Positions 13,402 to 33,990 of a stretch of DNA of 64,000 bases are shown here, in pieces. The stretch is from the NCBI GenBank assembly GCA_012295275.1, contig CM022670.1, forward strand, positions 27,218,001 to 27,282,000, read 5' to 3'. Source of the DNA: Chrysomallon squamiferum. Taxonomy: Eukaryota; Animalia; Mollusca. Under the pieces are notes generated by a model. The model searched no databases. It saw nothing but the letters and a program-made list of their open reading frames with translations, and was not told the origin of the DNA. Numbering within the stretch: position 1 is the first letter of the stretch; every line of letters begins with the position of its first letter. The translations under genes and the position numbers were made by a program.

Positions 13402-13683
13402 CCCCGCCGATCGTCTGCGTTTTGTGATTGACGCGATCAGGGCGGGGCTAAGCAATGTGACCTGGTGCTGTTTTATTATTATGCACATTACCCAGCTGTT
13501 TCGCAATTACAAAGGCTGTAGCAAACACAGTGTTAATCTGCTTACGTATTAGAAAATGCACAGTGTCATGCGGGTATTTCAGTTAGCCAGACGTTGCCGC
13601 AGCGTGACGGAGATTTTTCGCTGTCAAGACGACACCAGCAGTAGCCCCAATTGATGCTACTGGATACGAGAGAATGTATACAG
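13402..13683 (+). promoter_or_regulatory. Probable promoter and non-coding first exon of the F-type lectin domain gene
   Basis: GC boxes at 13402 (CCCCGCC) and 13440 (GGGCGGGG), Inr TCAGTT at 13579, and donor CAG|GTACGT at 13683 that can splice to the acceptor before 15205. Confidence 0.5.
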
Positions 13684-15309
13684 GTACGTAGGTTTTGTTT
13701 ACAGTTAGTCAGTTTGAGTAGGTCACAGAATAAACGTGAAATATACAGTGAATACGTTAACCCACTTATTGATATTATTACTCATCAACTGTTACTGTTA
13801 TTACCTAGCGTAAAACACGCTAAGTATTCCATTTATAACGATTATACTTCGGTATAAATTATTATAAAATGCTGATTTAAGCGATTAACTCCCTTCGAAG
13901 CGTAGAGAGCGACTGTGAATGCTGTATGGTTCTCACCATACCTGTCCACTTGAGTGTGTTTAACCTCTGTGTATTTGTTGACACAGTCGTTCTTTGTATT
14001 CAGATACTAATCAAACACAGGAACAGCTAATGTTGTATCTTTGGCTCATGCTTTGAATGTTAAAAAGAAACAAAAAAAGAAAACAAAACAGAAACAACAG
14101 ACAACGTCTTTTGGTGAACTACTAGAGTAAGACGTAATATTCATTAACTGTTACATACAGGTACGTATACAGATAGTCGTAATATTAGAAGTTATAGGCT
14201 TACGTCAGGTGTTATTTTGATTATCTCTTATACAGATAAAGGATGTTTGTGTGCGTGTAATTGTATGTGTGTGTGTCTATATGTATGGATTGTGTGAATC
14301 TTTATAGTATTACACACACACTCATATGTGTGTGTATGTGTAAGTAATCATATTTATTCACTGTATATGAATATATCGATGCAAATCAGTATTTTTCTGT
14401 CTGTGTTTAAATGTGTCTATTAGCTGTCTTGTGGAAGGTAATGATTCTGTCAGTAATGGCTTTGATTTCCTGCTTCATTTAATCTAATTTAAATCTCACA
14501 AGTTACATTTTAAAATAATCTAATTACCGTTAATAACATGTAGATTAAGAAAACCACAGCAGCTGAACACAGTAATTACTATGTTCAAAGAAGCAAAAAA
14601 TGGTTAATGAAACAGTTAAAATTTCTGAAAATAATTATTTCGATAATACATTATTAGCTAAGGGTCAGATAAATTTTGTATAATAATTATGTGAAAGAAA
14701 AAAAAAATCAGGCTTCAGTCATTTCATAACATTTTTTTGTCGTATACATATTTAATCAGTACGACTTTAAATACTATAAAATATATTTATATTGTTTTTA
14801 ATAAAAGTCATACAAGAGCACGACAACCATATTCTTACAATGTACATACGCAAGTCTAATTAAACAGTTACACGGAGAAACGTGGCTAATATTGATTGTT
14901 TAACAAAAGGGGCGCCATATTTGTATAGATTTTTCAAGATTAAAAATTAATATATTTGATAATTAAACAAAAACATCTGTCGTTATAATGTAAAGGAGGG
15001 TGGAATCAAGGTGCTCACCTTCCACTTACATTTTCTAAGTATATTTCAGTAGTTTGAATGTTGGCCTAATCCTGTCTTGTAAATCCTTTAATACCACCAA
15101 TACTTCATTACTCGCCCGTCAATGCTTCATTACCAGCCTACTATAACCAATCATTTACGGTTATAAAATAGAGATCTGATGACGCGAATTTCAATATATT
15201 TCAGATATTATCGAATACGAAGACGGCGATACCGTTTGCGACAAGAAGAAACACGACCATTTTCAGTAACAACGTCGAATAATAATGAACGTTACTTGAC
15301 GCCCCAACG

Positions 15310-21758
<6,449 letters not shown>

Positions 21759-24700
21759 CGTCACAACGTAGTGTTTCCGACATCTCAATCACGTGACTTG
21801 AATTTAACCTGTGATATTGTGTTAAAAAAAAGAAAAGAAAAAAGTTTATGAGCCATTTCTAGATTGTAATATACCGTCTGTGTTCATTTGGAGCAATTCA
21901 TAGCTGAGCACATCAGTGGAATTTCAAAGTATGGATACAGCTATATTGACTGTGATTTGATTTTAATACTATATCAATTTTGAAATAACTAACTGAAGAT
22001 CGGCATTCAGTCAGTTCAGAAGTTTATGGGGTGTTTTTTTGAAAGTTTTCACTCTAACTGGTACAAAATGAATGATCAAGTGGAGGTTCTTGAGTCCTAT
22101 ACTTGCGTGGGTTTTTACAAGACAATTTAAAAGTGTTAAAAGACTCAGCTACAGTCAACCATTTTGAAGCAGCTGACGGTTCAGAAACGTCTATTCTTGG
22201 AACAACATTCCAGTAGTTTAGGCTAAGAGGCTCGCTGTGTTGGTTGGAAGAGACATTTAGTTATCACGAATCTCCCCAATTAACGCTTGGTAAAACCAAT
22301 AAGCAACGTTTTATATGATCTCATAATGAAAAGCTGATGTAAATTTGTACTTTGCGATTTTATTTTCAATAACAATATTGCTGACCAAAATGTCTTGACC
22401 AAGTTCCTATTAGTCAGTTTCCCAGTCAATGTTTTTATGGTTTCTTTATCAAAGATCATGGTTTGTGCTTTCCTGTCTGTGTTAAAGTGTTTATAAAATA
22501 CCTCTTGATGCTAACTAATAAGTATAACCTACGGAGTATTTGCAATCAGGTTTTGTCTCAAACTGGTTTGATGTATGGTTTAATATTTGTTTATTTACTA
22601 ATGCATTCTTGTTGTGTAACTTGTTTCCTCAAATCAATCACCATCATTGCAAGAGGTTTCTGTAACATTTCACATCTATATAACATTCCAAAGACGGTAT
22701 TTATTTAAAATCCAATCGTACTATATTAAATTAATATTTTAAAACATTTTTGAGTACTAATAAAAAATAGAAGAGAAAAGAAGAAATAGTCAGAACCCCC
22801 CCCCACAACACTACTATATTGACAAGAACACTCACAACAACATTATTAAAACGACCACCTCAGTGACAGACTCAAATGGGTTTTTTTTAAACGGATTTGA
22901 TGGCGTCATCATTACCGTTTATATAACGTGAAGATAAAATTTGTTTTCATTGTAAAGGAAAACACAATAACAACAGTATCAAAATGACACTGGAATGCAA
23001 ACAAATGCCCCCCGACACACACACCTAAAATGTACAGAGCAGTCCCACTAGATCCAATGAACGTGCAAAATACAGCTTTTCATTGTGTATAAATTGTGTT
23101 TGATAGACAAACTTGCCCAAGTGCCATTAATGGATAGGGTCGTGTAATCCCAAGGCGCCGAGCTTTGCAGTTTCCGTTTGTAGACATTTTTATAAAACTT
23201 ATCAGCGATTAGTGCTTTTGATAAAACTTACAATTAACTTTGTATGTCTCTGCAAAATTTTTAATTTATCTGTTTAATAATGCTTTTGTTGTGGCCTATA
23301 AAGTTGAATGCCGTGGCAAGCAGCTTGTTCATTTGGATGCTTCAGTGTTGTTAGTATTAGGAGAATTGTAATTTCTAAAGGAATCCTCACTATACAACAA
23401 TCCTGTATACTTTATAGCCACAGATATATACATACATGTACGTGTAAATATGTACACACACACACACACACACACATACACACATAGACACACACATATA
23501 TGGATGTAATATATACGTATGTTTATGTGTGTACACACAAATACAATTGTACTTTCACAGTATGAATTAAAATTTGTTAAAATAAATTAAAGAAAATCTG
23601 AAAGGAAAACAAAAGGCCCCGCATTACACAAATAACAATCCAGTCTTACTGTCTTGATTTAGAAAACTCATTCATCCGTATTTTTCATTGTATTCCACTG
23701 CTACATAAAAAAAAAAAATAAATAAATAAATAAAATTAATATTCAGCAAACAAATAATAATATTAATAATAATAAAATAAATAAATAAATAAAATTTAAA
23801 AACAAAACAAAACCCAACAACATTATGTTGCAATTAGCTATGACTGAATAACAGATTACGATAAACAAATGTGTACTTACATACCTTATATACGTACGCA
23901 GGCACTTTAATTTATAAACATACATCCTATTTTTATATTAAAGAGATGTTACTGTTTTAACCTGTTAAACTTTGATACAAAAACAACGACAGATACAGTA
24001 GTGTGTAGAACAACAATAACAAACATAACATGTATAGTCAGAAATATGTTGTAGGGCGTGGCCACAAAACTTCACAGCGAATTATGCCTAAGATAGGAAT
24101 TTTGTGTTTAAAAACCTGTTTTTAATATATTCTCATATTTCTGTTTATAAATAATTAGTTGTAATGTGATACTGTTGTTTTAATATCTTTTAGATTAGCT
24201 TACAATTTACAAAACTGGTGCTAGAAGTGTATAGTAACATAAACCATAATGAAATATATGTTATATCATCTGGATATTTTGTTTATGTTATATTTACCTT
24301 GATTTTGCTTTAGAGTGTTTTAAACCTCATTTGTCTTTTCGTTGTCAGTCCCCTTTTCTCCCTTTGAAATTACTGATATCATATTTCTTAATCGTTTGTG
24401 ACATGAAGATATATTTTGTTTCAGTATTCTTGTTTCCTCTATGTTAAGATGTTTTAATTGAAAGGGTTTAAAGTGTAATAGTGTAGTTTCAGTTCATATA
24501 GAAGCAATTATATGTATTTGTTATATGAAGATAAAAAAAAACAAAGTTTAATTAACGATTATTTTGTATGAATGATATAAAGTCAAAATTATTTATTATC
24601 ATACAAAGAAAAACAGTTTAAATATAATTTACATACAACTTTAAATATGAAATGAAAGTAGTTATTTAAATTTAATCCAAAAAAAAAAAAAAAAAAAAGA

Positions 24701-25007
24701 AAAGAAATAAAAAAAAAGATATTAAATACTTAATATGTTTTTATAAATATCAAAATTATTTAAAGTTTAGAAACGTTGTTTGTGGACATTTGCTGTATCT
24801 GGTAGCTGCTTGGTTTTGAAACGAAGATTACTGTACACCAGAAATATTAATTAGATGAAACGCATGTGGATTTTAAATACATAAATGAAGACTAACTCGT
24901 TTATATATTTTAAACATAATATTTGTACACAATAATACAATTTAAAAATCAGGGTATTCTATCATTGCTAGACATATACAGATAAATCCTACATTTTAGA
25001 ATATAGT

Positions 25008-25375
25008 ACGTAAATATACCTAGTGTAATATGTAATATTGTCACAATGTACAGGGTTGTTAGTTGTTTTAATTATTTATTTATCATTTTATTTATTAATT
25101 CAGAAAATAAGTCGTAAATATACCTAGTGTAATATGTAATATTATCATAATATACAGAGTTGTTATTTGTCTGCTTTATTTATATATAATTTTATTTATT
25201 ATTTCAGAAAAGCGATTATATTCTTACATTATGTGCTATTTTACTAGACGTACAGCGAAATCTATACTTCAGAAAATAGTATGTTAATGTACGTAAAGAA
25301 ATATGTAATATTATCATCATGTATATAATTATTCTTTGTTTGTTTGATTTTGTTATCATTTTATTTATTATTTCA
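25008..25375. repeat. Degenerate ~100-bp repeat, 3 copies, intergenic
   Basis: CGTAAATATACCTAGTGTAATATGTAATATT..TTTTATTTATTA.TTCAGAAAA recurs at about 25008, 25113 and (more diverged) 25290. Confidence 0.7.
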
Positions 25376-25962
25376 CAACCGTGTTCAGTTCTGTGCTATT
25401 AGCTGTTTGTGTAATTTATTTAAATAGTTTGATTATGTCTAACATTTATGCAAAAACAAAATGTTGTTAGAATATTCGCTTAATAAAGACACTGAATAGT
25501 TTATTTGTTTGCTTTATAATCTGTTAACATTTGTTTAAACAATTTTTCATTAATTGCTATTTTGCAAAACTGTATCTGCTTAGGTGGAAACAACTGGTCT
25601 GGTTATATTTAACATGGAGTTTTATACTGGTTTTGAATACCAACGTTAACTAATAATAAAGTTTGGCTGTAACTTCCACTTGAAGATATTGAGAGTCTGC
25701 AGTTTTTCTTTTCTTTTTCTTTGACAATCTCAGTTCGTACAGCAAAAAAAAAAAAATAAAAAAAAAAAAAAAAATAAAATAATAATAATAATAAAAAAAA
25801 TAATAATAATTAAATAAAATAAAATAAAAAATAAAAATAAGAAAAAAGGCAAGGATCTACTCACACTTCAGTAAACAGGCCAAGCAATGAGACTGATTGC
25901 AAATTTTATCACTAAAACTAACTTTTGTTATCTCTCTTGATTATTAAACTGACTTGTTAAAT

Positions 25963-26010
<48 letters not shown>

Positions 26011-26201
26011 TCAGTAATGATGATGATGACAATGATAATGATAATAATATATTTTAATAATAATAATAATAATAATAATAACAACAAAAAAATAACAATA
26101 AAATTATGATGATTATCATAAGGAATGCAATTTATATATATATATATATATAACACAAACTTACTTTTTTTTTACATTTTAATTTTCACATTACTAAATA
26201 T

Positions 26202-26771
26202 TTAACATGAGTGGTGACTTGTAGACAGTCGGTCTTTGTGTCCTGTTTCGATACCAGCACTGTGTCCACAGAGAGTAAACCTGCAACAAAAACACATTTT
26301 ATTTTACATTTCTTAACCAGACCTGCAACTTAAATACAAATATTAATAAATTTAATACTGATAAATCGAATGTAAATTCAGCATTAGTCTTAAACAACCA
26401 ATACAACTGGTTTTTTTTTTTTTTTTTTAAACTTCATATAAATGACCAATAACACGCCTGTGACATCCATTTCAGATAATATAATCGAAAAGCAATAGCT
26501 TTTTCAGTTATTAAGTACAGGCTTGAAAGCAGATCAGTTATCTGCTATTTAACTATACTAACTGGCTGCCTGTGTGGCCGCTGACAATTTGAACTTTATT
26601 CAAATAAACTTTTGGATGATGGAAATGGAAAAAAATCCAATCAAACAGATTTATTATCCACGATGATAAATGATTCCAGCGGAAATCGATGCTGACGATA
26701 TCGCCAACGTCCTTTGGTGAAGTTACGACGAAACTGTAAGACTTTTTCGGCTGAATTTCTATGAAACTGAA

Positions 26772-26830
<59 letters not shown>

Positions 26831-27014
26831 TATATATAATAATAATAATAAGAAGAAGAAGAAGATGAAGAAGAAGACGAAGAAATATGATGTTGTCTTG
26901 TTTTTTGCTAAATCGCATGTTTAATTTAGAATTATAACGGAAATGCATGTTTAGATTAAATTTGAAAATTGATAGTCGTTTAACAAGTTAATTTTTTATG
27001 ATTTTAACGAAGAA

Positions 27015-27079
<65 letters not shown>

Positions 27080-27333
27080 CACACTTTATGCTTTTGTTCG
27101 TATATTTGCAACAATTAATAATGTCAAAATGAATGACTCAAAAACTGTTGTTTTCAGACGAATACTGGCTACGTAATTAATTATACGTACATTTCGTTTA
27201 GAGTTAGCTCTCCTGTCTCACCACTTTTACCAATGATGTTCACAAACATCAGTCCACGTTTAGAGGATTTACCATCAAATGTCAGCAGCACTTTGTAGTG
27301 GTAGCCTGAAATAGATTTGTAATATATCCAATC

Positions 27334-27373
<40 letters not shown>

Positions 27374-27478
27374 GTGTGTGTGTGCGCGCACGTTCAGTAT
27401 TGGTGTTTGTGTGTTTTTGTATATGTATGCACGTGTATATGTGAACACAAATTTACTTATTTATTTATAATAATTATT

Positions 27479-27513
<35 letters not shown>

Positions 27514-28780
27514 TTACAAGCTAAAACAGAGAGATGTAGTTTTGAAATTTTAATAGCAGTAAATATATAAAATTCTAACGTGTTAATAAAACGTACGACA
27601 GAAAGGAGCGTCTCCACCTGTTTTAAGGAAATATTTCACGTGAGTCTGTGCACTGGGAGGTTTCACTTTGTCAGCGTGGAACCCCATGTAACCACAAGCC
27701 TTCCCACTGCACGGTATACACTTACCATTCTGTTAAAATAATATTAAAATAGACTTACATAATTTGTAGGTTCAGAAACCTCGGTAGTATTCGTAAATAT
27801 TCGAAAATGACGCGAAAAACTTCGACTTATAATTTTATGATAATTATAATTTTATTCTGAGCTGACAGTATTAACCCTGCATTCTGGTAGGGATCAAGAA
27901 CTTATTTTGTTTATTAAGTAATAAGCTTAAACATTTCGTAAATATATGAAATAAAGCAAAGGAAGAAGAAACTGAAAAAGACCAAGTGGGAAAGAAGAAG
28001 TAGGAATTTCGATAAAGAAGAAGAAGAAGAAGTAGAAGAGGAAAGTAATGCTATTCAGAATGTTTAACTGACCTCGAAGTCGTCGTAGCTATTGCACTGA
28101 TAAGCCTGGAAAGCACACTGACTGTTGATAGATTCTGTGAAAAGGACGTAAGCTCTCATGTGATTGCATGACACGAAACTTTCGATACCTGAAATGTTAA
28201 ATGTTATACTTTGGAATGTTTACTTTTACAGAATATTAATGAAATTATAGAATTTGATTAAATTCGTTATTTGTAAATATATGTTGTTGTAGTAATAGTA
28301 TCAATAGTAGTAGTACCAGTAGCAGCAGCAGTAAGATTAGTAGTAATAGTAGCTGACGTAGTACTAGTCACCGTAGATATAGTACTAGAACTAAAATTGT
28401 TAATGTGATTAATGGTGGTTCTTCATTATCTAAACGCACATATTTAAAAACTCTCTCACACGGACATACGGAAATACGGAGATCCATAGACACTAACGAC
28501 AATGCCCTTGAATAAATGAATTTTCGAAAACAGTCATACGCATACTTGCCATTATTATAACGTGGTATACCAACCTTTAACCAATCCTTTAGATTCAATT
28601 TTTTCTATGGTTGAGATAGGATCTTGTTCACATCCTGGTTGTGAAATTCCACCATTAGGATAGAAGTCCGCGTGACCGCACGCTTGATTCATTCCAAACC
28701 CTACACAGATGAGTTCACAGTTAATTTCAAATAGTTTGGAACATGTGTTTTGTGTCTGTATATGTGTCGTTGTGTTTATA

Positions 28781-28811
<31 letters not shown>

Positions 28812-28826
28812 GTGTGTATATGTGTG

Positions 28827-28857
<31 letters not shown>

Positions 28858-29096
28858 GTGTGTGTATGTATGTGTGTATGTATGTATGTATGTATGTCTG
28901 TGTATGTATTTATGTATGTCTGTGTGTGTATGTATGTATGTATGTATGTATGTATGTATGTATGTATGTATGTATGTATATCTGTGTATGTATGTATGTA
29001 TGTCTGTGTGTGTATGTATGTATGTATGTATGTATGTAAGTGTGTATGTATGTGTGTATGTATGTATGTATGTGTGTATGTACGTACGTACGTACG

Positions 29097-29129
<33 letters not shown>

Positions 29130-29572
29130 GTGTGTATGTATGTATGTATGTATGTATGTATGTATTTATGTGTGTGTATGTATGTATGTATGTATGTATG
29201 TATGTATTTGTGTGTGTGTTAGTTTGTTTTCTGTTATAAATATACTAACACGTTTCAGTTAAATCTGGAACCACGAAGCGTTATTTCGTTGTACACGTGG
29301 ATGCACATGCTTACCTAAACGTAACAAGTTCTGCCCGTCAGTGTGTATGACGTCGACAAACAGGGCGTCACTGGGATCCAGACGAACACGGATGTCAGTG
29401 TGTTCAAAGAAAGGCCTCGCGGGATCGAGGCCTGTTAGTTTATTAAAGTAAATATATTAATGATTTATTTTTATATATATAATGTATATGTAATGTATAT
29501 ATAATGTATATATAATGTATATATAATGTATATATATTATGTATATATAATATATATATAATGTCTTCATTA

Positions 29573-29623
<51 letters not shown>

Positions 29624-30231
29624 TTTTAAATAAAATTAGCAATAACGAAGACATTCATTGTCCATAAACCGGCATCGTTAATAAAAAGAAATCAAAATTT
29701 TAATAACTGAATATACGGATAAACAAACAAATAAAATTTTTAAAAAATGATTATAAAAGTAATAAATCTCTATTGTTATTTATCACAACAACAATAATAA
29801 TAATAACAATAATAATAATAATAATAATAATAACAACAACAACAACAATAATAACAACAGTAATAATAATAATAATAATAACAACAATAAGAAGAAGAAG
29901 AACAACAAAGAACAAACAAAAGAACAAACACGCAAAATTAATTATATAATGAAAACAAATTATTTTAAAAAAGTATTAAATAATGAAAAAGAGTATCTAA
30001 ACTTACATACTTGAATTATGTTACATCATGATGGCGGTAATTGTATAAAAAATATAGAAATAGCCTGACTTACCCGTTATTCTACCAAGATGCTGAAGTC
30101 TTTCCCCAGCATAGCCGGCTACGTGGGCGCCCAGGCTATGTCCAATTATGTGGAACGATTCTGGCGTCGCATTTGTACTGTTCTGAAAAACAAACAGAGA
30201 ACAGTAATAAAACCAGTTTAAAATAATAAAA

Positions 30232-30298
<67 letters not shown>

Positions 30299-31604
30299 TA
30301 TTATTATTATTGTTATTATAAGTAGATAAATAAAAAAGGAAGTAGCAATTTAATAAGTACAAAAATAAATTAATTAAAATATAATAAATAAACGAATGAA
30401 TGAATGAATGAAGGAATAAATAAATATATGAATAAATAACTTAAAAAATAATAAAATAAAATAAGATAAAAATAAAAATAAAAATAAATGAAAAATAGAC
30501 AAATAAATAAAATAAAATAAATAGAAAGCATATAAATACGTTTGTAATTAAGCAAGTACGGAAACAGGTAAGCACAAAAAGAAATAAAATAAAGGTAACA
30601 CAGACAGACAGATATAAACAACAACACAGGTAAACAGAAGTACACAGAACAAAGAGTAAAAGTTACTTGTATAGTTTTGATGAGGTGAGCTATCATGGCA
30701 CCGACTACACGTGCATTTGCCGTGGCCTGGGGGTAAGGTGGGAGCGCGCCCTTTCCCCACCCCACAATTATAACATTGACGTCATTGCGGTTTAAAAACT
30801 CGTCTTTCATTTTCTGAAATAGATTTTCACTTATAAACCTCAGTGTTAAACTTTCACATTTACTAACAATATACATGAATTCGGGTTTTTCATTTTCTGA
30901 AATAAACGAGTAGATTTAATCATTTATAAACTTGATGACACAATAGTGACACATCTTGTATGGTTTCATTCTCTCCATCTTTCTGTTTCTCTTTTACTCT
31001 ATCTCTCTCTCTCCTTGTTGATTTGTTTGTTTCTTGCTCTTTCTTTCCCTCTGTCTTTCTGAGGATATGCCTATTTTTTAGTAATATAATTGTAGAATTT
31101 TAAAAAACAGTTTATTTTTATATTTTTATTTTCCTACCTTCATCCACTTAGCATCTCCAGATTTTAGAAAGCCGTGAACAATTATCTTGGTTGGTCTACT
31201 GTCACTGAAACTAGACGCCATCAACGACCTGACGTCACTATAGTCGAGTGCTTCACCGTTATTCACATTCTGTTGAGTGAAGAGGGTAAAGCTAGGGTTG
31301 ATGAAACTGGGTGACTCTGGTACAAAGTTGACGAGCCTGTGTGAACTGAAGAACGGGGAGCTGGTATCAAAACATCCCAGATCATCGTAACATTTGCTTG
31401 TACCTGAAATACGTACAAGTTTTTATATAAACCAAAACAGCGAATAGCTTTGTAGCATTTGCTTATTCCTGAACTGTATCAGTCATTAATATATATGTAT
31501 GTATGTATATTCACGTGTATGTATATATGTATGTTTGTTAGTTTATAGTCTCAAATTAGGTATGTGTTTGTGTTCATGTTCATATGTATGTGATTGTATC
31601 TGTT

Positions 31605-31650
<46 letters not shown>

Positions 31651-31801
31651 TGTGTGTTTGTTGAGAGCTATCTATAAAACAAATCAAGAGGTATGGAAAT
31701 TTAAACACTATCTGTTACGTACGATTCAGTTTTGATACAGATTTGGGTTGAACCAAGCCTAGCAGTACGAAAATAACCAGTACTTTCAACATGGCCGTCA
31801 T
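26202..31801 (-). CDS. Pancreatic lipase-related protein (lipase B), complete, signal peptide + catalytic domain + PLAT domain
   Basis: 11 exons: 31801-31723, 31403-31138, 30813-30667, 30182-30074 (GHSLG), 29431-29315 (GLDPA), 28700-28575, 28188-28073 (CNH), 27729-27597, 27305-27191, 26766-26563, 26280-26202. All introns are GT-AG and in frame. Confidence 0.95.
28783..29218. repeat. Compound (TATG/TG)n microsatellite
   Basis: About 430 bp in lipase B intron 5; source of the spurious MYVC ORFs. Confidence 0.95.
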
Positions 31802-31835
31802 CCAGAAAAAAAGCGATATCTGCGGTTACGAAATG

Positions 31836-31869
31836 AACTGATAATCTGTCACTCAGCACTATATATATA
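31836..31869 (-). promoter_or_regulatory. TATA + Inr core promoter of lipase B
   Basis: TATATATA from 31869 and TCAGTT with A at 31839 (-30 spacing), 38 nt upstream of the ATG. Confidence 0.65.
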
Positions 31870-32076
31870 CATCAACACAGGGTTCCTTTTTCAGTGGCAG
31901 TTGTTAGAGTTTTGTTTGTCGTCATACGTTAAGATTGTTACAAAATCAAATAAACATTCTAAGTGATGAGACATATATATATATTTTAAAGGCTGTAAAA
32001 TTATTGACTTATTTTTAATAGTTGTCACATTTTGTTATATATTTATACATTTTTAAAGATTGTGCAATCAGCAATG

Positions 32077-33418
32077 CATTATATATACATTATATATACA
32101 TTATATATATATAATGTATATATAATGTATATATAATATATATATAATGTATATATAATGTATATATAATATATATATAATGTATATATAATGTATATAT
32201 AATGTATATATAATGTCTTCATTAAAAATATATATATATATTTTTTTTTAAATAAAATTAGCAATAACGAAGACATTCATTGTCCATAAACCAGCATCGT
32301 TAATAAAAAGAAATCAAAATTTTAATAACTGAATATACGGATAAACAAACAAATAAAAATTTAAAAAAATGATTATAAAAGTAATAAATCTCTATTGTTA
32401 TTTATTACAACGACAGTAATAACAATAATATTAATAATTATAATAATAACCATAATAATAAGAATAAGAATAAGAATAAGAATAAGAATAAGAATAAGAA
32501 TAACCATAATAACAAGAACAATACAACAACAATAATGATGAACCTGTGTGAACTGAAGAACGGGGAGCTGGTATCAAAACATCCCAGATCATCGTAACAT
32601 CTGCTTGTACCTGAAATACGCATAAGTTTTTATATAAACCAAAACAGCGAATAGCTTTGTAGCATTTGCTTATTCCTGAACTGTATCCGTCATTAATATA
32701 TATCAAAATAACACATATCAGAATAATATTTGCTTATACCTGAACTATATGTATTTGTTTGAACCAAAATAATACAGATATCCGTAAAATATACTTATTC
32801 CTAAAAAATATAAGAATTTCTGTATATCAATACAACGAATGTTCATTGTAATATTTGCTTATTTCTGAAATATATACATTTCAGCATATTCGAAAACAGT
32901 TGTAACACTGACATCTTCAAATATGTTTATTCCTGAAATACAAGAATAACCCAGATCGTATCATCCGCTTATTCCTGAATTATACTAAAACAATGGCCTT
33001 GCCGAGTTTGCTAAAGTCTTAGAGGTCGTAACTCTAACTCTTACGCTAAACTGAAGTGAAATTGTTGTGGTAACTTTGGATAATATTTGGTAACTGTGTC
33101 ACTTATTTATAAATAGAAAATAGTCTAGATGTCGTAACATGTGCTTATTCACGAAATACTATATATGAAAACAATTTTTGGTTATTCATGAAATATAGTA
33201 TTAAAATATCCCAGATCTTCGAAAGATTTACTTATTCCTGTATTATATTAGTTATCTGTATATGTTAAAACAACCCGATGTATGTCTGTGTGTATTTTTA
33301 TATGTATGTATGTATATTCTCGTGTATGTATATATGTATGTTTGTTAGTTTATAGTCTCAAATTAGGTATGTGTTTGTGTTCATGTTCATATGTATGTGA
33401 TTGTATCTGTTATTGTGT

Positions 33419-33465
<47 letters not shown>

Positions 33466-33574
33466 TGTTGAGAGCTATCTATAAAACAAATCAAGAGGTA
33501 TGGAAATTTAAGCACTATCTGTTACGTACGTTTCTGTTTTGATACAGATTTGGGCCGAACCAGGCCTAGTAGTA
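32077..33574 (-). pseudogene. Truncated, internally deleted tandem duplicate of lipase B
   Basis: 33530-33574 matches the 3' part of exon 1 (no ATG). 33290-33529 and 32611-32700 match intron 1. 32536-32610 matches the 5' part of exon 2. 32077-32430 matches intron 4 (29475-29790). Confidence 0.88.
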
Positions 33575-33990
33575 TTTTATTATTTTATTTGTTTGTTAAT
33601 CATGTTTTTTTTTTTTCTTACTTGTAGTGATATACTTCAGTTGTATTTGTTTTTGTTGTAATGAGATATAAAAGTCTCTGACATATGGGCTGTTCTTACA
33701 GATAACCAGCAATGAAAATCGTGCGCTCTCACACTGACAAGAAAAATCTTCCTTTGACAGGATTTTGTCTAGATTTGAAAAACCTATGAAGAACGCATCG
33801 CTTCCATCCAGAGCTCTGTAACATTAAGCAAACGATTACTTTTTTTTTTTTAATTGGCGAGGACTCGGGAAGTAATATATGTGTGTGTGTGTATATATAT
33901 ATATACATGGTTTACACTCAAATATTAAGAAAATATAATTTTATAAATAGAGAAATATGGCGAAGAAAGAAGTAGAACAGAAAAGAAATA

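Noticed and set aside
21760-26200. Possible gene between the lectin-domain gene and lipase B
   Set aside because: No convincing exon chain; consistent with 3' UTRs, AT-rich intergenic DNA and degenerate repeats.
28709-29262. Long Cys/Met/Tyr/Val-rich ORFs (also 15644-15905 and 35615-36368)
   Set aside because: Translations of TATG/CATA microsatellites in introns, not metallothioneins or genes.
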